From: Escherichia coli | GTDB lineage: Bacteria; Pseudomonadota; Gammaproteobacteria; Enterobacterales; Enterobacteriaceae | Assembly: GCF_030013205.1 (NCBI RefSeq) | Contig: NZ_CP122648.1 | Strand: one strand, 5' to 3' | Length of the DNA: 64,000 nucleotides | In this document: positions 24,997-36,766 of the stretch, piece after piece | How positions within the stretch are numbered: the stretch's first letter is position 1 | Layout of the letters: each line of letters opens with the position of its first letter | The notes under the pieces: model-generated | What the model was told of the DNA's origin: nothing | Seen by the model: only the letters and a program-made list of their open reading frames with translations | The model's database searches: none | Made by a program: the position numbers and the translations under genes

Positions 24997-25629
24997 ATGA
25001 AACGTTTAATTATGGCTACGATGGTCACAGCAATTCTGGCATCTTCAACTGTATGGGCGGCTGATAATGCACCGGTAGCGGCACAACAGCAAACTCAGCA
25101 AGTTCAGCAAACCCAGAAAACGGCAGCAGCAGAGCGTATCTCTGAACAAGGTTTATATGCGATGCGTGACGTGCAGGTAGCGCGCTTGGCTCTGTTTCAT
25201 GGCGATCCGGAAAAGGCAAAAGAACTGACCAATGAAGCTTCAGCTTTGTTGTCAGATGACAGTACCGAATGGGCAAAGTTCGCTAAGCCAGGTAAAAAGA
25301 CCAATGTCAATGATGACCAATATATTGTCATTAATGCATCTGTCGGAATTTCTGAGAGTTATGTAGCGACACCCGAAAAAGAAGCCGCGATAAAAATTGC
25401 CAACGAAAAAATGGCGAAAGGGGATAAAAAGGGCGCAATGGAAGAGCTGCGCCTGGCCGGTGTTGGCGTAATGGAAAACCAATATCTGATGCCGCTCAAA
25501 CAGACTCGTAATGCACTTGCTGATGCGCAGAAACTGCTTGATAAAAAGCAATACTACGAGGCAAACCTGGCGCTTAAAGGTGCGGAAGATGGAATCATCG
25601 TCGATAGCGAAGCACTGTTTGTGAACTAA
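24997..25629 (+). CDS. yfdX: Periplasmic protein YfdX
   Basis: 210 aa with signal peptide [21 protein letters not shown]; EvgA-regulon gene in K-12. Confidence 0.85.
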   Translation: MKRLIMATMVTAILASSTVWAADNAPVAAQQQTQQVQQTQKTAAAERISEQGLYAMRDVQVARLALFHGDPEKAKELTNEASALLSDDSTEWAKFAKPGKKTNVNDDQYIVINASVGISESYVATPEKEAAIKIANEKMAKGDKKGAMEELRLAGVGVMENQYLMPLKQTRNALADAQKLLDKKQYYEANLALKGAEDGIIVDSEALFVN

Positions 25630-26141
25630 CGCTGACAGGCAGTATATTGAGGTAAAGGATTTAACTCCCTCCAGCCGACAATTTTTTATGACCACAATAC
25701 GACAGGTTGTGGTCATAAAATTATTTGGCGCTCGCGGTTCTATAAACTCGCATTTTATCTTCCTCAAAGTAAACCGCAATAATCCCGTGTCATCACAAAT
25801 CATTTATTATGTTATGTTTTATGGTACGCTTTAAAAGGCGTAATCATACCCTTACTTGTAAATCACCGGCGCTTCTTACAGTTGTAAGAATAACATCACA
25901 AATGTCGCGGCTCTCTCTGATTACCGCGAACCAATATTTATCATATTCTTCTTTTCGTCCTCACTACTTACCATGCAGAAAGGAATTGGAAGTGGCGATG
26001 AAATGATTTTCAGCACTTGATACAGGAATTTAAAAATATCGAGTGCAGCTACGACGATATTTTGCGGATTATTTATAGAGGGCGTTATGCCTTAAATAAA
26101 CGCTAAATTAACATATATTTAATTAACTAATAGGTATTGCT

Positions 26142-27392
26142 ATGTCAACTCCACTTCAAGGAATTAAAGTTCTCGATTTCACCGGTGTGCAATCTGGCCC
26201 ATCTTGTACTCAAATGCTGGCCTGGTTTGGCGCTGACGTCATTAAAATTGAACGTCCCGGCGTTGGTGACGTAACGCGTCACCAGCTGCGAGATATTCCT
26301 GATATCGATGCGCTTTACTTCACCATGCTTAACAGTAACAAACGTTCTATTGAATTAAATACCAAAACAGCGGAAGGCAAAGAGGTAATGGAAAAGCTGA
26401 TCCGCGAAGCTGATATCTTAGTCGAGAACTTTCATCCAGGGGCCATTGATCACATGGGCTTCACCTGGGAGCATATTCAAGAAATCAATCCACGTCTGAT
26501 TTTTGGTTCGATCAAAGGGTTTGATGAGTGTTCGCCTTATGTGAATGTAAAAGCCTATGAAAACGTTGCTCAGGCAGCGGGTGGTGCGGCATCCACTACG
26601 GGTTTTTGGGACGGTCCGCCGCTGGTAAGCGCTGCAGCGTTGGGTGACAGCAACACCGGAATGCATTTACTGATCGGTTTACTTGCTGCTTTGCTGCATC
26701 GCGAAAAAACGGGGCGTGGGCAACGAGTCACCATGTCAATGCAGGATGCCGTATTGAACCTTTGCCGCGTGAAATTACGCGACCAGCAGCGTCTCGATAA
26801 ATTGGGTTATCTGGAAGAATACCCGCAGTATCCGAATGGCACATTTGGTGATGCAGTTCCCCGCGGAGGTAATGCGGGTGGTGGCGGTCAGCCTGGCTGG
26901 ATCCTGAAATGTAAAGGTTGGGAAACCGATCCTAACGCCTATATTTATTTCACTATTCAGGAGCAAAACTGGGAAAACACCTGTAAAGCCATCGGCAAAC
27001 CAGATTGGATTACCGATCCGGCATACAGTACAGCCCATGCCCGACAGCCACATATTTTCGATATTTTTGCTGAAATCGAAAAATACACTGTCACTATTGA
27101 TAAACATGAAGCGGTGGCCTATTTGACTCAGTTTGATATTCCTTGTGCACCGGTTTTAAGTATGAAAGAAATTTCACTTGATCCCTCTTTGCGCCAAAGT
27201 GGCAGTGTTGTTGAAGTGGAACAACCATTGCGTGGAAAATATCTGACAGTTGGTTGTCCAATGAAATTCTCTGCCTTTACGCCGGATATTAAAGCTGCGC
27301 CGCTATTAGGTGAACATACCGCTGCTGTATTGCAGGAGCTGGGTTATAGCGACGATGAAATTGCTGCAATGAAGCAAAACCACGCCATCTGA
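26142..27392 (+). CDS. frc: Formyl-CoA:oxalate CoA-transferase (family III CoA transferase)
   Basis: 416 aa, [40 protein letters not shown]... Confidence 0.92.
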   Translation: MSTPLQGIKVLDFTGVQSGPSCTQMLAWFGADVIKIERPGVGDVTRHQLRDIPDIDALYFTMLNSNKRSIELNTKTAEGKEVMEKLIREADILVENFHPGAIDHMGFTWEHIQEINPRLIFGSIKGFDECSPYVNVKAYENVAQAAGGAASTTGFWDGPPLVSAAALGDSNTGMHLLIGLLAALLHREKTGRGQRVTMSMQDAVLNLCRVKLRDQQRLDKLGYLEEYPQYPNGTFGDAVPRGGNAGGGGQPGWILKCKGWETDPNAYIYFTIQEQNWENTCKAIGKPDWITDPAYSTAHARQPHIFDIFAEIEKYTVTIDKHEAVAYLTQFDIPCAPVLSMKEISLDPSLRQSGSVVEVEQPLRGKYLTVGCPMKFSAFTPDIKAAPLLGEHTAAVLQELGYSDDEIAAMKQNHAI

Positions 27393-27445
27393 TATTAACG
27401 GGGGCTTCTGGCTCCCAATTTATAAAAATTTCGAGGTTATTAATC

Positions 27446-29140
27446 ATGTCAGATCAACTTCAAATGACAGATGGTATGCATATCATCGTTGAAGCATTAA
27501 AACAGAATAATATTGACACTATTTATGGTGTTGTAGGTATTCCTGTGACGGATATGGCACGCCATGCCCAGGCGGAAGGCATTCGTTATATTGGTTTTCG
27601 TCATGAGCAGTCGGCAGGCTATGCCGCTGCGGCAAGCGGTTTTCTTACCCAAAAACCAGGGATCTGCCTGACAGTGTCTGCGCCAGGATTCCTCAATGGT
27701 TTGACCGCATTGGCCAACGCAACGGTAAATGGTTTTCCGATGATCATGATTAGCGGCTCCAGCGACCGCGCGATCGTCGACCTACAGCAAGGTGATTATG
27801 AAGAGCTGGACCAAATGAATGCGGCAAAACCGTATGCCAAAGCAGCATTTCGCGTTAATCAGCCGCAGGATCTTGGCATTGCATTGGCACGCGCTATCCG
27901 GGTCTCAGTATCGGGTCGCCCTGGCGGAGTTTATCTTGATTTGCCTGCAAATGTCCTGGCCGCGACGATGGAAAAAGACGAAGCGTTAACCACGATTGTA
28001 AAAGTTGAAAATCCGTCGCCAGCATTATTGCCATGCCCGAAGTCAGTCGCTAGCGCAATTTCGCTTTTAGCAAAAGCTGAACGACCATTAGTTATCCTTG
28101 GCAAAGGCGCGGCGTATTCACAAGCGGATGAACAGCTTCGTGAATTTATTGAAAGTGCCCAGATTCCATTCCTGCCAATGTCTATGGCGAAAGGGATCCT
28201 CGAAGATACACATCCACTTTCTGCGGCAACTGCGCGTTCGTTTGCCCTGGCAAATGCTGACGTTGTCATGCTTGTTGGTGCACGACTGAATTGGTTACTG
28301 GCACACGGTAAAAAAGGATGGGCGGCAGATACACAGTTTATTCAACTGGATATTGAACCGCAGGAAATTGACAGCAACCGCCCCATTGCTGTGCCAGTCG
28401 TTGGCGATATTGCATCCAGTATGCAAGGTATGCTGGCAGAACTGAAACAAAACACATTTACGACTCCACTGGTATGGCGCGATATTTTAAATATCCACAA
28501 GCAGCAAAATGCACAAAAAATGCATGAAAAATTAAGTACAGATACTCAACCATTAAATTACTTTAATGCATTAAGTGCTGTGCGCGATGTATTGCGCGAG
28601 AACCAGGATATTTATTTAGTTAATGAAGGTGCAAATACCCTGGATAATGCACGAAATATTATTGATATGTATAAACCACGTCGCCGTCTGGATTGTGGAA
28701 CCTGGGGTGTCATGGGCATCGGTATGGGCTATGCCATCGGTGCTAGCGTGACCTCTGGTTCTCCGGTTGTCGCCATTGAAGGTGATAGTGCTTTTGGTTT
28801 CAGTGGGATGGAGATTGAAACGATTTGTCGATATAACCTGCCGGTGACGATCGTTATTTTTAATAATGGCGGCATCTACAGAGGAGACGGTGTTGATCTC
28901 AGTGGCGCTGGTGCACCATCACCAACAGATCTATTGCACCATGCAAGGTATGACAAATTAATGGATGCGTTTCGTGGCGTTGGCTATAACGTCACTACGA
29001 CAGATGAACTTCGTCATGCTTTAACCACCGGTATTCAGTCGCGCAAACCGACCATTATTAATGTGGTCATCGACCCTGCAGCAGGAACTGAAAGTGGCCA
29101 TATTACCAAACTTAACCCAAAACAAGTCGCTGGTAATTAA
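27446..29140 (+). CDS. oxc: Oxalyl-CoA decarboxylase (ThDP-dependent)
   Basis: 564 aa, ThDP-binding motif [31 protein letters not shown]. Confidence 0.92.
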
Positions 29141-29208
29141 ATACTGACATCGTCTCCTCTTGCCAACTCATTATCGATGGTGAGGGGACCCTTATCGGAA
29201 ATACTATT

Positions 29209-30153
29209 ATGCTAACATTTTTTATTGGCGATTTATTGCCTATTATCGTAATCATGCTGTTGGGTTATTTTAGCGGCAGACGAGAAACTTTTTCAGAAGA
29301 TCAAGCCCGGGCATTTAATAAACTGGTATTAAACTACGCTCTTCCTGCGGCCCTATTTGTTTCTATTACCCGGGCAAACAGGGAAATGATTTTTGCGGAC
29401 ACTCGCCTGACCCTTGTATCACTTGTGGTTATTGTCGGATGTTTCTTTTTCTCCTGGTTTGGTTGCTACAAATTTTTTAAACGTACTCATGCAGAAGCAG
29501 CAGTATGTGCATTAATTGCAGGTTCACCTACCATCGGATTCCTGGGATTTGCAGTTCTCGATCCTATTTATGGTGATTCCGTATCAACAGGTTTAGTTGT
29601 AGCAATTATTTCTATTATTGTTAACGCAATTACTATTCCTATTGGTCTGTATTTGCTGAATCCCTCCTCAGGAGCGGATGGTAAGAAGAATAGTAATCTG
29701 AGCGCATTAATTTCTGCGGCAAAGGAGCCAGTAGTATGGGCACCTGTTCTGGCAACGATCCTGGTGTTGGTTGGGGTAAAAATTCCGGCAGCATGGGACC
29801 CAACCTTTAATCTGATTGCGAAGGCTAACTCAGGGGTAGCGGTATTCGCTGCGGGGTTGACTCTGGCTGCACATAAATTCGAGTTCAGTGCCGAAATTGC
29901 TTATAACACCTTCCTGAAGCTAATTCTGATGCCACTGGCGCTGCTTCTCGTTGGTATGGCATGTCATTTGAACAGCGAACATTTGCAGATGATGGTACTG
30001 GCAGGCGCCTTACCGCCGGCATTCTCCGGAATCATTATTGCCAGCCGGTTTAATGTCTACACCCGCACTGGTACAGCGTCACTGGCTGTGAGCGTACTGG
30101 GCTTTGTCGTCACGGCTCCTTTGTGGATTTATGTCAGTCGACTGGTTTCATAA
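29209..30153 (+). CDS. yfdV: AEC-family transporter YfdV
   Basis: 314 aa polytopic membrane protein downstream of oxc. Confidence 0.85.
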
Positions 30154-30181
30154 TTAATCATGTTATTGATTTTACATAAAT

Positions 30182-30212
30182 GCCGAAGTGTCTTTTCACC
30201 TTCGGCTTTTTT
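30182..30212 (+). terminator. Rho-independent terminator of yfdV, immediately abutting the IS200 left end
   Basis: gccgaagtg-tctttt-caccttcggc hairpin followed by tttttt. Confidence 0.6.
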
Positions 30213-30923
30213 GTGCACAGAAAACCCCCAGCTAGGCTGGGGGTTCCGGAAAGCTTTCAGCTTTGAGCCAGTTATTAAAACCCCTTTTGATTTGTTAAAA
30301 CACCTTGCGGTCTGGCAACTGCAAGTGTCAAACAAGAAATCAAAAGGGGGTCCCAATGGGGAACGAAAAGAGCTTAGCGCACACCCGATGGAACTGTAAA
30401 TATCACATAGTTTTTGCGCCAAAATACCGAAGACAAGTGTTCTACAGAGAGAAGCGTAGAGCAATAGGCAGTATTTTGAGAAAGCTGTGTGAGTGGAAAA
30501 GCGTACGGATTCTTGAAGCTGAATGCTGTGCAGATCATATCCATATGCTTGTGGAGATCCCGCCCAAAATGAGCGTATCCGGCTTTATGGGATATCTGAA
30601 AGGGAAAAGCAGTCTGATGCTTTACGAGCAGTTTGGTGATTTGAAATTCAAATACAGGAACAGAGAGTTCTGGTGCAGAGGGTACTACGTCGATACGGTG
30701 GGTAAGAACACGGCGAAGATACAGGATTACATAAAGCACCAGCTTGAAGAGGATAAAATGGGAGAGCAGTTATCGATTCCCTATCCGGGCAGCCCGTTTA
30801 CGGGCCGTAAGTAACGAAGTTGGATGCAAATGTCAGATCGTGTGCGCCTGTTAGGGCGCGGCTGGTAAGAGAGCCTTATAGGCGCATTTGAAAAACCTCC
30901 GGCTATGCCGGAGGATATTTATT
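30213..30923 (+). mobile_element. IS200 copy 2 (same orientation as copy 1)
   Basis: About 99% identical to 4431-5142; same start (gtgcacagaaaaccccc) and end (ggaggatatttatt); flanks differ on both sides. Confidence 0.85.
30356..30814 (+). CDS. tnpA: IS200 transposase TnpA
   Basis: Protein identical to the copy at 4574-5032. Confidence 0.9.
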   Translation: MGNEKSLAHTRWNCKYHIVFAPKYRRQVFYREKRRAIGSILRKLCEWKSVRILEAECCADHIHMLVEIPPKMSVSGFMGYLKGKSSLMLYEQFGDLKFKYRNREFWCRGYYVDTVGKNTAKIQDYIKHQLEEDKMGEQLSIPYPGSPFTGRK

Positions 30924-30937
30924 CAAGGCATAAGCAA

Positions 30938-32083
30938 ATGACAAATAATGAATGCAAAGGGCCGTTTGAAGGCTTATTAGTTATCGATATGACACATGTC
31001 CTTAATGGACCTTTCGGAACTCAACTTCTTTGTAATATGGGCGCAAGGGTAATTAAAGTTGAGCCGCCGGGTCATGGTGATGATACCCGCACATTTGGTC
31101 CCTATGTGGATGGACAGTCACTCTATTACAGTTTTATTAATCATGGCAAAGAGAGTGTGGTTCTTGATTTAAAGAATGATCACGATAAAAGTATATTTAT
31201 AAATATGCTTAAACAAGCTGATGTATTAGCTGAGAATTTTCGCCCAGGTACAATGGAAAAACTGGGGTTTTCATGGGAAACGCTACAAGAAATCAACCCG
31301 CGTCTCATATATGCTTCATCGTCAGGTTTTGGGCATACCGGCCCGCTAAAAGATGCTCCTGCCTACGATACCATCATTCAGGCAATGAGCGGGATAATGA
31401 TGGAAACAGGGTACCCTGATGCTCCGCCAGTGCGCGTGGGTACCTCTCTTGCGGATTTATGTGGCGGTGTCTATTTATTCAGCGGAATAGTGAGTGCACT
31501 TTATGGCCGCGAAAAGAGCCAGAGAGGGGCGCATGTCGATATAGCGATGTTTGATGCCACGCTGAGTTTTCTGGAGCATGGTCTGATGGCATATATTGCG
31601 ACAGGGAAGTCACCACAACGCCTGGGAAATCGCCATCCCTACATGGCACCTTTTGATGTTTTTGATACTCAGGATAAGCCGATTACTATTTGTTGTGGTA
31701 ATGACAAGCTTTTTTCTGCGTTATGCCAGGCACTGGAGCTTACGGAACTGGTTAATGATCCCCGATTTAGCAGCAATATTTTACGCGTACAAAACCAGGC
31801 TATTCTTAAACAATATATTGAGCGAACGTTAAAAACGCAGGCAGCTGAAGTTTGGTTAGCCAAAATACATGAAGTTGGTGTGCCCGTCGCGCCGTTATTA
31901 AGTGTGGCTGAGGCCATTAATTTGCCACAAACTCAGGCGAGAAATATGTTGATTGAAGCCGGGGGAATAATGATGCCAGGTAATCCGATAAAAATCAGCG
32001 GCTGCGCGGACCCGCATGTTATGCCGGGAGCGGCAACGCTCGACCAGCATGGGGAACAAATTCGCCAGGAGTTCTCATCATAA
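30938..32083 (+). CDS. yfdE: Acetyl-CoA:oxalate CoA-transferase YfdE (family III CoA transferase)
   Basis: ORF 30905-32083 runs into the IS end; start placed at MTNNECKGPFEGLLVIDMTHVLNGPFG... (381 aa). Confidence 0.85.
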   Translation: MTNNECKGPFEGLLVIDMTHVLNGPFGTQLLCNMGARVIKVEPPGHGDDTRTFGPYVDGQSLYYSFINHGKESVVLDLKNDHDKSIFINMLKQADVLAENFRPGTMEKLGFSWETLQEINPRLIYASSSGFGHTGPLKDAPAYDTIIQAMSGIMMETGYPDAPPVRVGTSLADLCGGVYLFSGIVSALYGREKSQRGAHVDIAMFDATLSFLEHGLMAYIATGKSPQRLGNRHPYMAPFDVFDTQDKPITICCGNDKLFSALCQALELTELVNDPRFSSNILRVQNQAILKQYIERTLKTQAAEVWLAKIHEVGVPVAPLLSVAEAINLPQTQARNMLIEAGGIMMPGNPIKISGCADPHVMPGAATLDQHGEQIRQEFSS

Positions 32084-32138
32084 ATGTAAGATGTGCTGGT
32101 AAATAGCTCCCACATTTGAATATTGTGGGAGCCGCTAT

Positions 32139-35100
32139 TTAGTCATTTTGTTGACAGAAAACAGCTATCTCCTGGTCCAGCTCTGCAATGTGTTCTTTAA
32201 CAGAGTTCAGCAACTTAAGAATTTCAGGCTTGCTGTCATCTGAAACGGGCGTTATTTCTAACTGATGGCTAAGATTAATCAACTTTTGCAAATTCAGGAT
32301 GTTAGCCGCACCGTGGATGCGATGAATACACTGATGGAAAGTTCTGTTATCGCCAGCTTCTAACGCATGAAACGCAGCGGGTAGATCTTTATGCGTTTCA
32401 TGCTGGAAAGTCATGAGAATCTCCTGCATCAGTTGTAGATCGTTCGCCGTATTATTTTTCAGGGCCTCGATATCAAGGTGGCGATACTGAGGTGCAATAG
32501 GCGCAACCTGGTGTAACTGACTTAAATGTGTTTTCATTACATCCAGGGTCAACGGTTTGAACAAACATAAGTTCATGCCGCAATTTAACCCTTTTTCACG
32601 TTCGTTAGCCTGTGCGTTGGCTGTAAGCCCCCAGATGGGTAAGGAAGAATTTTGCTCACGGAGTTTCCGAGTCAACTCAAAACCATCCATATTCGGCATA
32701 TTAACGTCAGTAATAAGCAGATCATAATGTTGCATACTGACTTTGTGTAGCGCTTGCACACCATCAGTGGCTTCATCAACATCATATCCTAATAGGTTTA
32801 GCTGGCGTTTGAGTAATAGCCTGTTGGTCGGATGATCATCCGCGATTAATATGCTCAACTTTTCAGGGAGTGTCATGGGTTGTTCTGCTTTTGCCTCGAC
32901 AGTCGCCACTTGTTGGGTAATTTCTACCGGGATTGTGATCGTAAATGTCGTTCCTATGCCTGGATGACTTTCTAATGACAAATCGCCCTGCATGTTTTTA
33001 ATTAATTCTTTGCAGATTATTAAGCCTAAACCAGAACCTGTTTGCTGACGACCTGCACTTGTTTGGCTATAACGTTTAAACAGTTGTTGTTGTTCTTCCT
33101 GTGATAATCCACTTCCAGAATCCATAATCGTCATTTTGATTACAGCGTGGTTGTCATCAATGTTAACCAGGGAGGTCGTAATTTTTACTGCACCCTCGGT
33201 GGTAAATTTGAGAGCATTGCTCAGTAAATTAGATAAGACCTGCTTAAACGCCTGAGGGTCGATCTTAACCAGGTAATGTTCAGGAAACGTACTGCTGCAA
33301 CTTAATGCGATCGATTTGCTTGCAGCAATCGCACCGAAAGAGTGACAAGTGTTCTGGACTAAAGTAGGGATGTCGACCCATTGTGGTTGAAGTTGATAGT
33401 TACCCGACTCAATTTTGTCGACATCAAGGATTTCACCAATTAAGCCGAGGAGTGATTGTCCGGTGGCGTAGGCAAGTGAAATCGCCTCCACCCGTTGCTC
33501 CTTGCTAAGACCAGAACCCGACAGAAGTTCCAGGAAGCCCATAATGGAGCTTATTGGTGTTCTTATTTCGTGACTCATTGTTGCCAGAAACTGACTTTTT
33601 GCGACAGTTGCATTGATCGCTTTATTTCTCTCTACTTCGAGAGCGTGAATTAAATCACGCGTCTCGGTAATATCTTGCCAACCACAAATATAAACAGCAT
33701 GATCGCTGGCTGGCAGATTGCATAATGTATGCCAGTGATTAATGCATCTTTTCTCGATGCCATTATCAATTTCAAATACCTGTGTGTATATTGTTCGATT
33801 TTCTTTCGTTTCTGCTGTGACTTCATGCGCATTAGAAAAAACATCTTTAAAGGGTGAGTCACTGTTTTCTAATGGTAACATTGCATTTTTGTAGTAATCC
33901 GCAGTGAAATAATGTTCAAAAGCACTATTATGACTAATGACATTACCTTGCCAGTTTACAACATAAGTTGGATTCGGTAAGGAATCCGAGAGTGCTTTTC
34001 GGAATGATATTTGGTTTTCTAAATCACCCTGAATGACTTTACGACGACGAACTGAGCGTAACAGGTAGAATCCCCATAAAAGGCTACTGCCAACTAATAA
34101 AACGGATAATGTCGTGACAATATAAAATTGCTCGCTATAGAGGTCCCATGTGTCAATGGTCACATTGGGCATTTTAATCCATTTTTCCGTCAGGCGCAGA
34201 ACTTCGCTTGGGGGAATTGCATTCAGTGCTTTATTAATAATATCCTTAAGTTCCGGTTCTCCGCGAGGAAAAGCGAACGAAAGCGATGCATTCGGAACGC
34301 CGGGAATAAGAAAATGATAAAGTTCATTAGGATAGTAATGGTCGATCATGTAACGTGAATTTAACTGTGTCGCGACCAGAGCATCAAGTTCGCCTTCTTT
34401 AACCTTGTGAAATGCAGCGCTTGCGTTATCGACTTTTATCCACTCTACCTCCGGATACATCTCTTTTAATTGCGAATGAAGCTCATAATAATAGGGAATG
34501 GCAACTTTCATTCCTTTTTTTAATGTTTGTTCACTGTCAGGCGCTTTTTGCATGACAAAAACGTAAGGCGTTGTTATGAAGGCTTCAGCAAATAAAACAT
34601 TATTTTCTCTATCTTCACTATAAATAGCGGCGGGCAATATATCCCATCCACCGGGGTTAAGCTGTGTCCCCGCATGAATATTGTGTGAAACGGTGATCGG
34701 AGAAAAATTTAAACCTGTTTGCAAGGTAATAATATTAAGAATATCACCCATCACGCCCCGAACTGAGCCAGTTTCATCTGTCATAGAATAGGGTGGCGAG
34801 TAAGGATTTTCCAGCACCTTTAAATCGGGATGCTGCTTAATCCACTGTTTTTCATGTTCAGTGAGTTCTAATGGTTTGTTCAGAAAGGCCAGGTTTCCTG
34901 TATCAAGCCAATTTTGTGATACTTCATAGCGAACTTCATTTGTTAAAGCATCAACAAATCGATTGAGTACTTCATTAAGAACGACTGAATCTTTTCTGGT
35001 TAAGAAAAAGTTATATTGACGCGGCGAGTTATAATATTTCACTACATTTAAGGAGTGAGTGAAATAGCGGGAAATCATACTGCTGGTAATAATGTTACTA

Positions 35101-35732
35101 CCAATAAAGTAATCATTCTGTCCGGCTGAGACGGATGCTAATGCCTGATATAAATTTGTAAAAGAGATAATTGTTGCTTTTGGAAATGATTGATGAATTA
35201 CCTCATCTGGAGGGTAATTTGCTACCCGAGCAATATTTACTGGTTTTGATGAGGTAAGCGGTCTCATTGAATCGTGAAGGGTGGTGACCAGCGCCGGAAA
35301 GGTAATTATCAGCGGTTTGGTTGCAGCAATGTCATCATTAAGAGGCGGCGAAGCAACTAAATGTGATAACACTATATCGACTTCCCCTTCTGTAAGCGCG
35401 TCCATTGCTTTTTGATGATCTGCGTATTCCCGGAGTGTTAATTTGATATTTAACGCTCTTTTTAAAAGATTTAAATAATCAGCATTAATACCACGAACCC
35501 GTTGCTGCGAATCGGTATGCAACAAAGTAGCCGTTTGGGACTTGTGTACTGCAATCACAAGATTTTTTTTGCTCGCTAACCAACGTAATTCCTTGTTGCT
35601 CAGACGTAGTGGATCAAGCGTGACACGGTTGTTACTACTGATGCCACGATATTCGATGTAATCTTCGTCTGCGAAACTTATGGTCGACCAAAGACCACAA
35701 CAGAGAAGAATAATATAGGGTAAAAACTTCAT
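32139..35732 (-). CDS. evgS: Hybrid sensor histidine kinase EvgS
   Basis: 1197 aa: two periplasmic solute-binding-like domains, HisKA/HATPase, receiver and HPt domains. Confidence 0.93.
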   Translation of the reverse strand: MKFLPYIILLCCGLWSTISFADEDYIEYRGISSNNRVTLDPLRLSNKELRWLASKKNLVIAVHKSQTATLLHTDSQQRVRGINADYLNLLKRALNIKLTLREYADHQKAMDALTEGEVDIVLSHLVASPPLNDDIAATKPLIITFPALVTTLHDSMRPLTSSKPVNIARVANYPPDEVIHQSFPKATIISFTNLYQALASVSAGQNDYFIGSNIITSSMISRYFTHSLNVVKYYNSPRQYNFFLTRKDSVVLNEVLNRFVDALTNEVRYEVSQNWLDTGNLAFLNKPLELTEHEKQWIKQHPDLKVLENPYSPPYSMTDETGSVRGVMGDILNIITLQTGLNFSPITVSHNIHAGTQLNPGGWDILPAAIYSEDRENNVLFAEAFITTPYVFVMQKAPDSEQTLKKGMKVAIPYYYELHSQLKEMYPEVEWIKVDNASAAFHKVKEGELDALVATQLNSRYMIDHYYPNELYHFLIPGVPNASLSFAFPRGEPELKDIINKALNAIPPSEVLRLTEKWIKMPNVTIDTWDLYSEQFYIVTTLSVLLVGSSLLWGFYLLRSVRRRKVIQGDLENQISFRKALSDSLPNPTYVVNWQGNVISHNSAFEHYFTADYYKNAMLPLENSDSPFKDVFSNAHEVTAETKENRTIYTQVFEIDNGIEKRCINHWHTLCNLPASDHAVYICGWQDITETRDLIHALEVERNKAINATVAKSQFLATMSHEIRTPISSIMGFLELLSGSGLSKEQRVEAISLAYATGQSLLGLIGEILDVDKIESGNYQLQPQWVDIPTLVQNTCHSFGAIAASKSIALSCSSTFPEHYLVKIDPQAFKQVLSNLLSNALKFTTEGAVKITTSLVNIDDNHAVIKMTIMDSGSGLSQEEQQQLFKRYSQTSAGRQQTGSGLGLIICKELIKNMQGDLSLESHPGIGTTFTITIPVEITQQVATVEAKAEQPMTLPEKLSILIADDHPTNRLLLKRQLNLLGYDVDEATDGVQALHKVSMQHYDLLITDVNMPNMDGFELTRKLREQNSSLPIWGLTANAQANEREKGLNCGMNLCLFKPLTLDVMKTHLSQLHQVAPIAPQYRHLDIEALKNNTANDLQLMQEILMTFQHETHKDLPAAFHALEAGDNRTFHQCIHRIHGAANILNLQKLINLSHQLEITPVSDDSKPEILKLLNSVKEHIAELDQEIAVFCQQND

Positions 35733-35736
35733 GTGG

Positions 35737-36351
35737 TTAGCCGATTTTGTTACGTTGTGCGAATGTGTAAAGATCCATCAGTGATTTACATTCTAATTTT
35801 TCCATCAGGCGACTTTTATAAGTGCTGACAGTTTTGTTGCTGATGAACATTTTTTCCGCAATGTCATTATTATCCTTGCCATCAAGAATATATCGCATGA
35901 CACTAATTTCTTGTTTCGATAAGGAGTCGAGTTTTTGCTGGTCGGACGTTAAACTTCCAACAAACCGGTTGAGAGAGAAGGGGAAATAGCAGTAGCCATT
36001 TTTTGCAGCTTCAATAGCCGCAATGATATTGTTCATGCCTTCTTTTTTACTCACGAATCCATTAGCGCCAGCATCAGCACAATGTTTCCCGTAAAAATGG
36101 TCATTTTTAGCGGAGACGATAATAATAATTCCGCTATATTGGCGCTTCCTCAGCGTTTCTAACACCTGGATACCGTTAACTCCGGGGATATCGACATCAA
36201 TGATGACGATATCAGGTTTAAGTGTTTCCACCCGCTGAACGGCACTTCCCCCTTCAGTCAACTCCGCTAAGATTTCAATATCGTTTTTGATCAATAAATT
36301 ACGAATTGCTGCGATAGCAAGAGGATGGTCATCAATAATTATTGCGTTCAT
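35737..36351 (-). CDS. evgA: Response regulator EvgA (LuxR/NarL family)
   Basis: 204 aa, MNAIIIDDHPLAIAAIRNLL...; receiver plus LuxR HTH. Confidence 0.93.
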   Translation of the reverse strand: MNAIIIDDHPLAIAAIRNLLIKNDIEILAELTEGGSAVQRVETLKPDIVIIDVDIPGVNGIQVLETLRKRQYSGIIIIVSAKNDHFYGKHCADAGANGFVSKKEGMNNIIAAIEAAKNGYCYFPFSLNRFVGSLTSDQQKLDSLSKQEISVMRYILDGKDNNDIAEKMFISNKTVSTYKSRLMEKLECKSLMDLYTFAQRNKIG

Positions 36352-36766
36352 AGATTATTCCCTTTGCAATGAAGCATCTCCCTTCTCCCTGTAGTAATAC
36401 AGACATAAGGCATCATCTCATTTTCTCAATAAAAATAAGAAAATTTGAGCTTCCTTTAAGATAATTCGACAAGTATACCATATAAATAGTCGGCATGAAT
36501 GAAATGTCAACAATAAAATCAGGGATTGTACCGATGATTTATAGTTTCACATTAGCACTATAAGTCTTCTCACTAATCCTACATGCGTAAGAATTGTATT
36601 GCAAAAGCCACGGTTTAGTCCTCTGTTGTTTTTTTTGCACCTCATTTAAATTAGGCCTCCAACGTTCCTGGGACAATGTGCAACACATGCACTGTGTTTG
36701 ATATGAAGAATGAATACTCTTTTCATTCAATTCATAAATTTCATCTATGCGAAATGAGAGATAATA

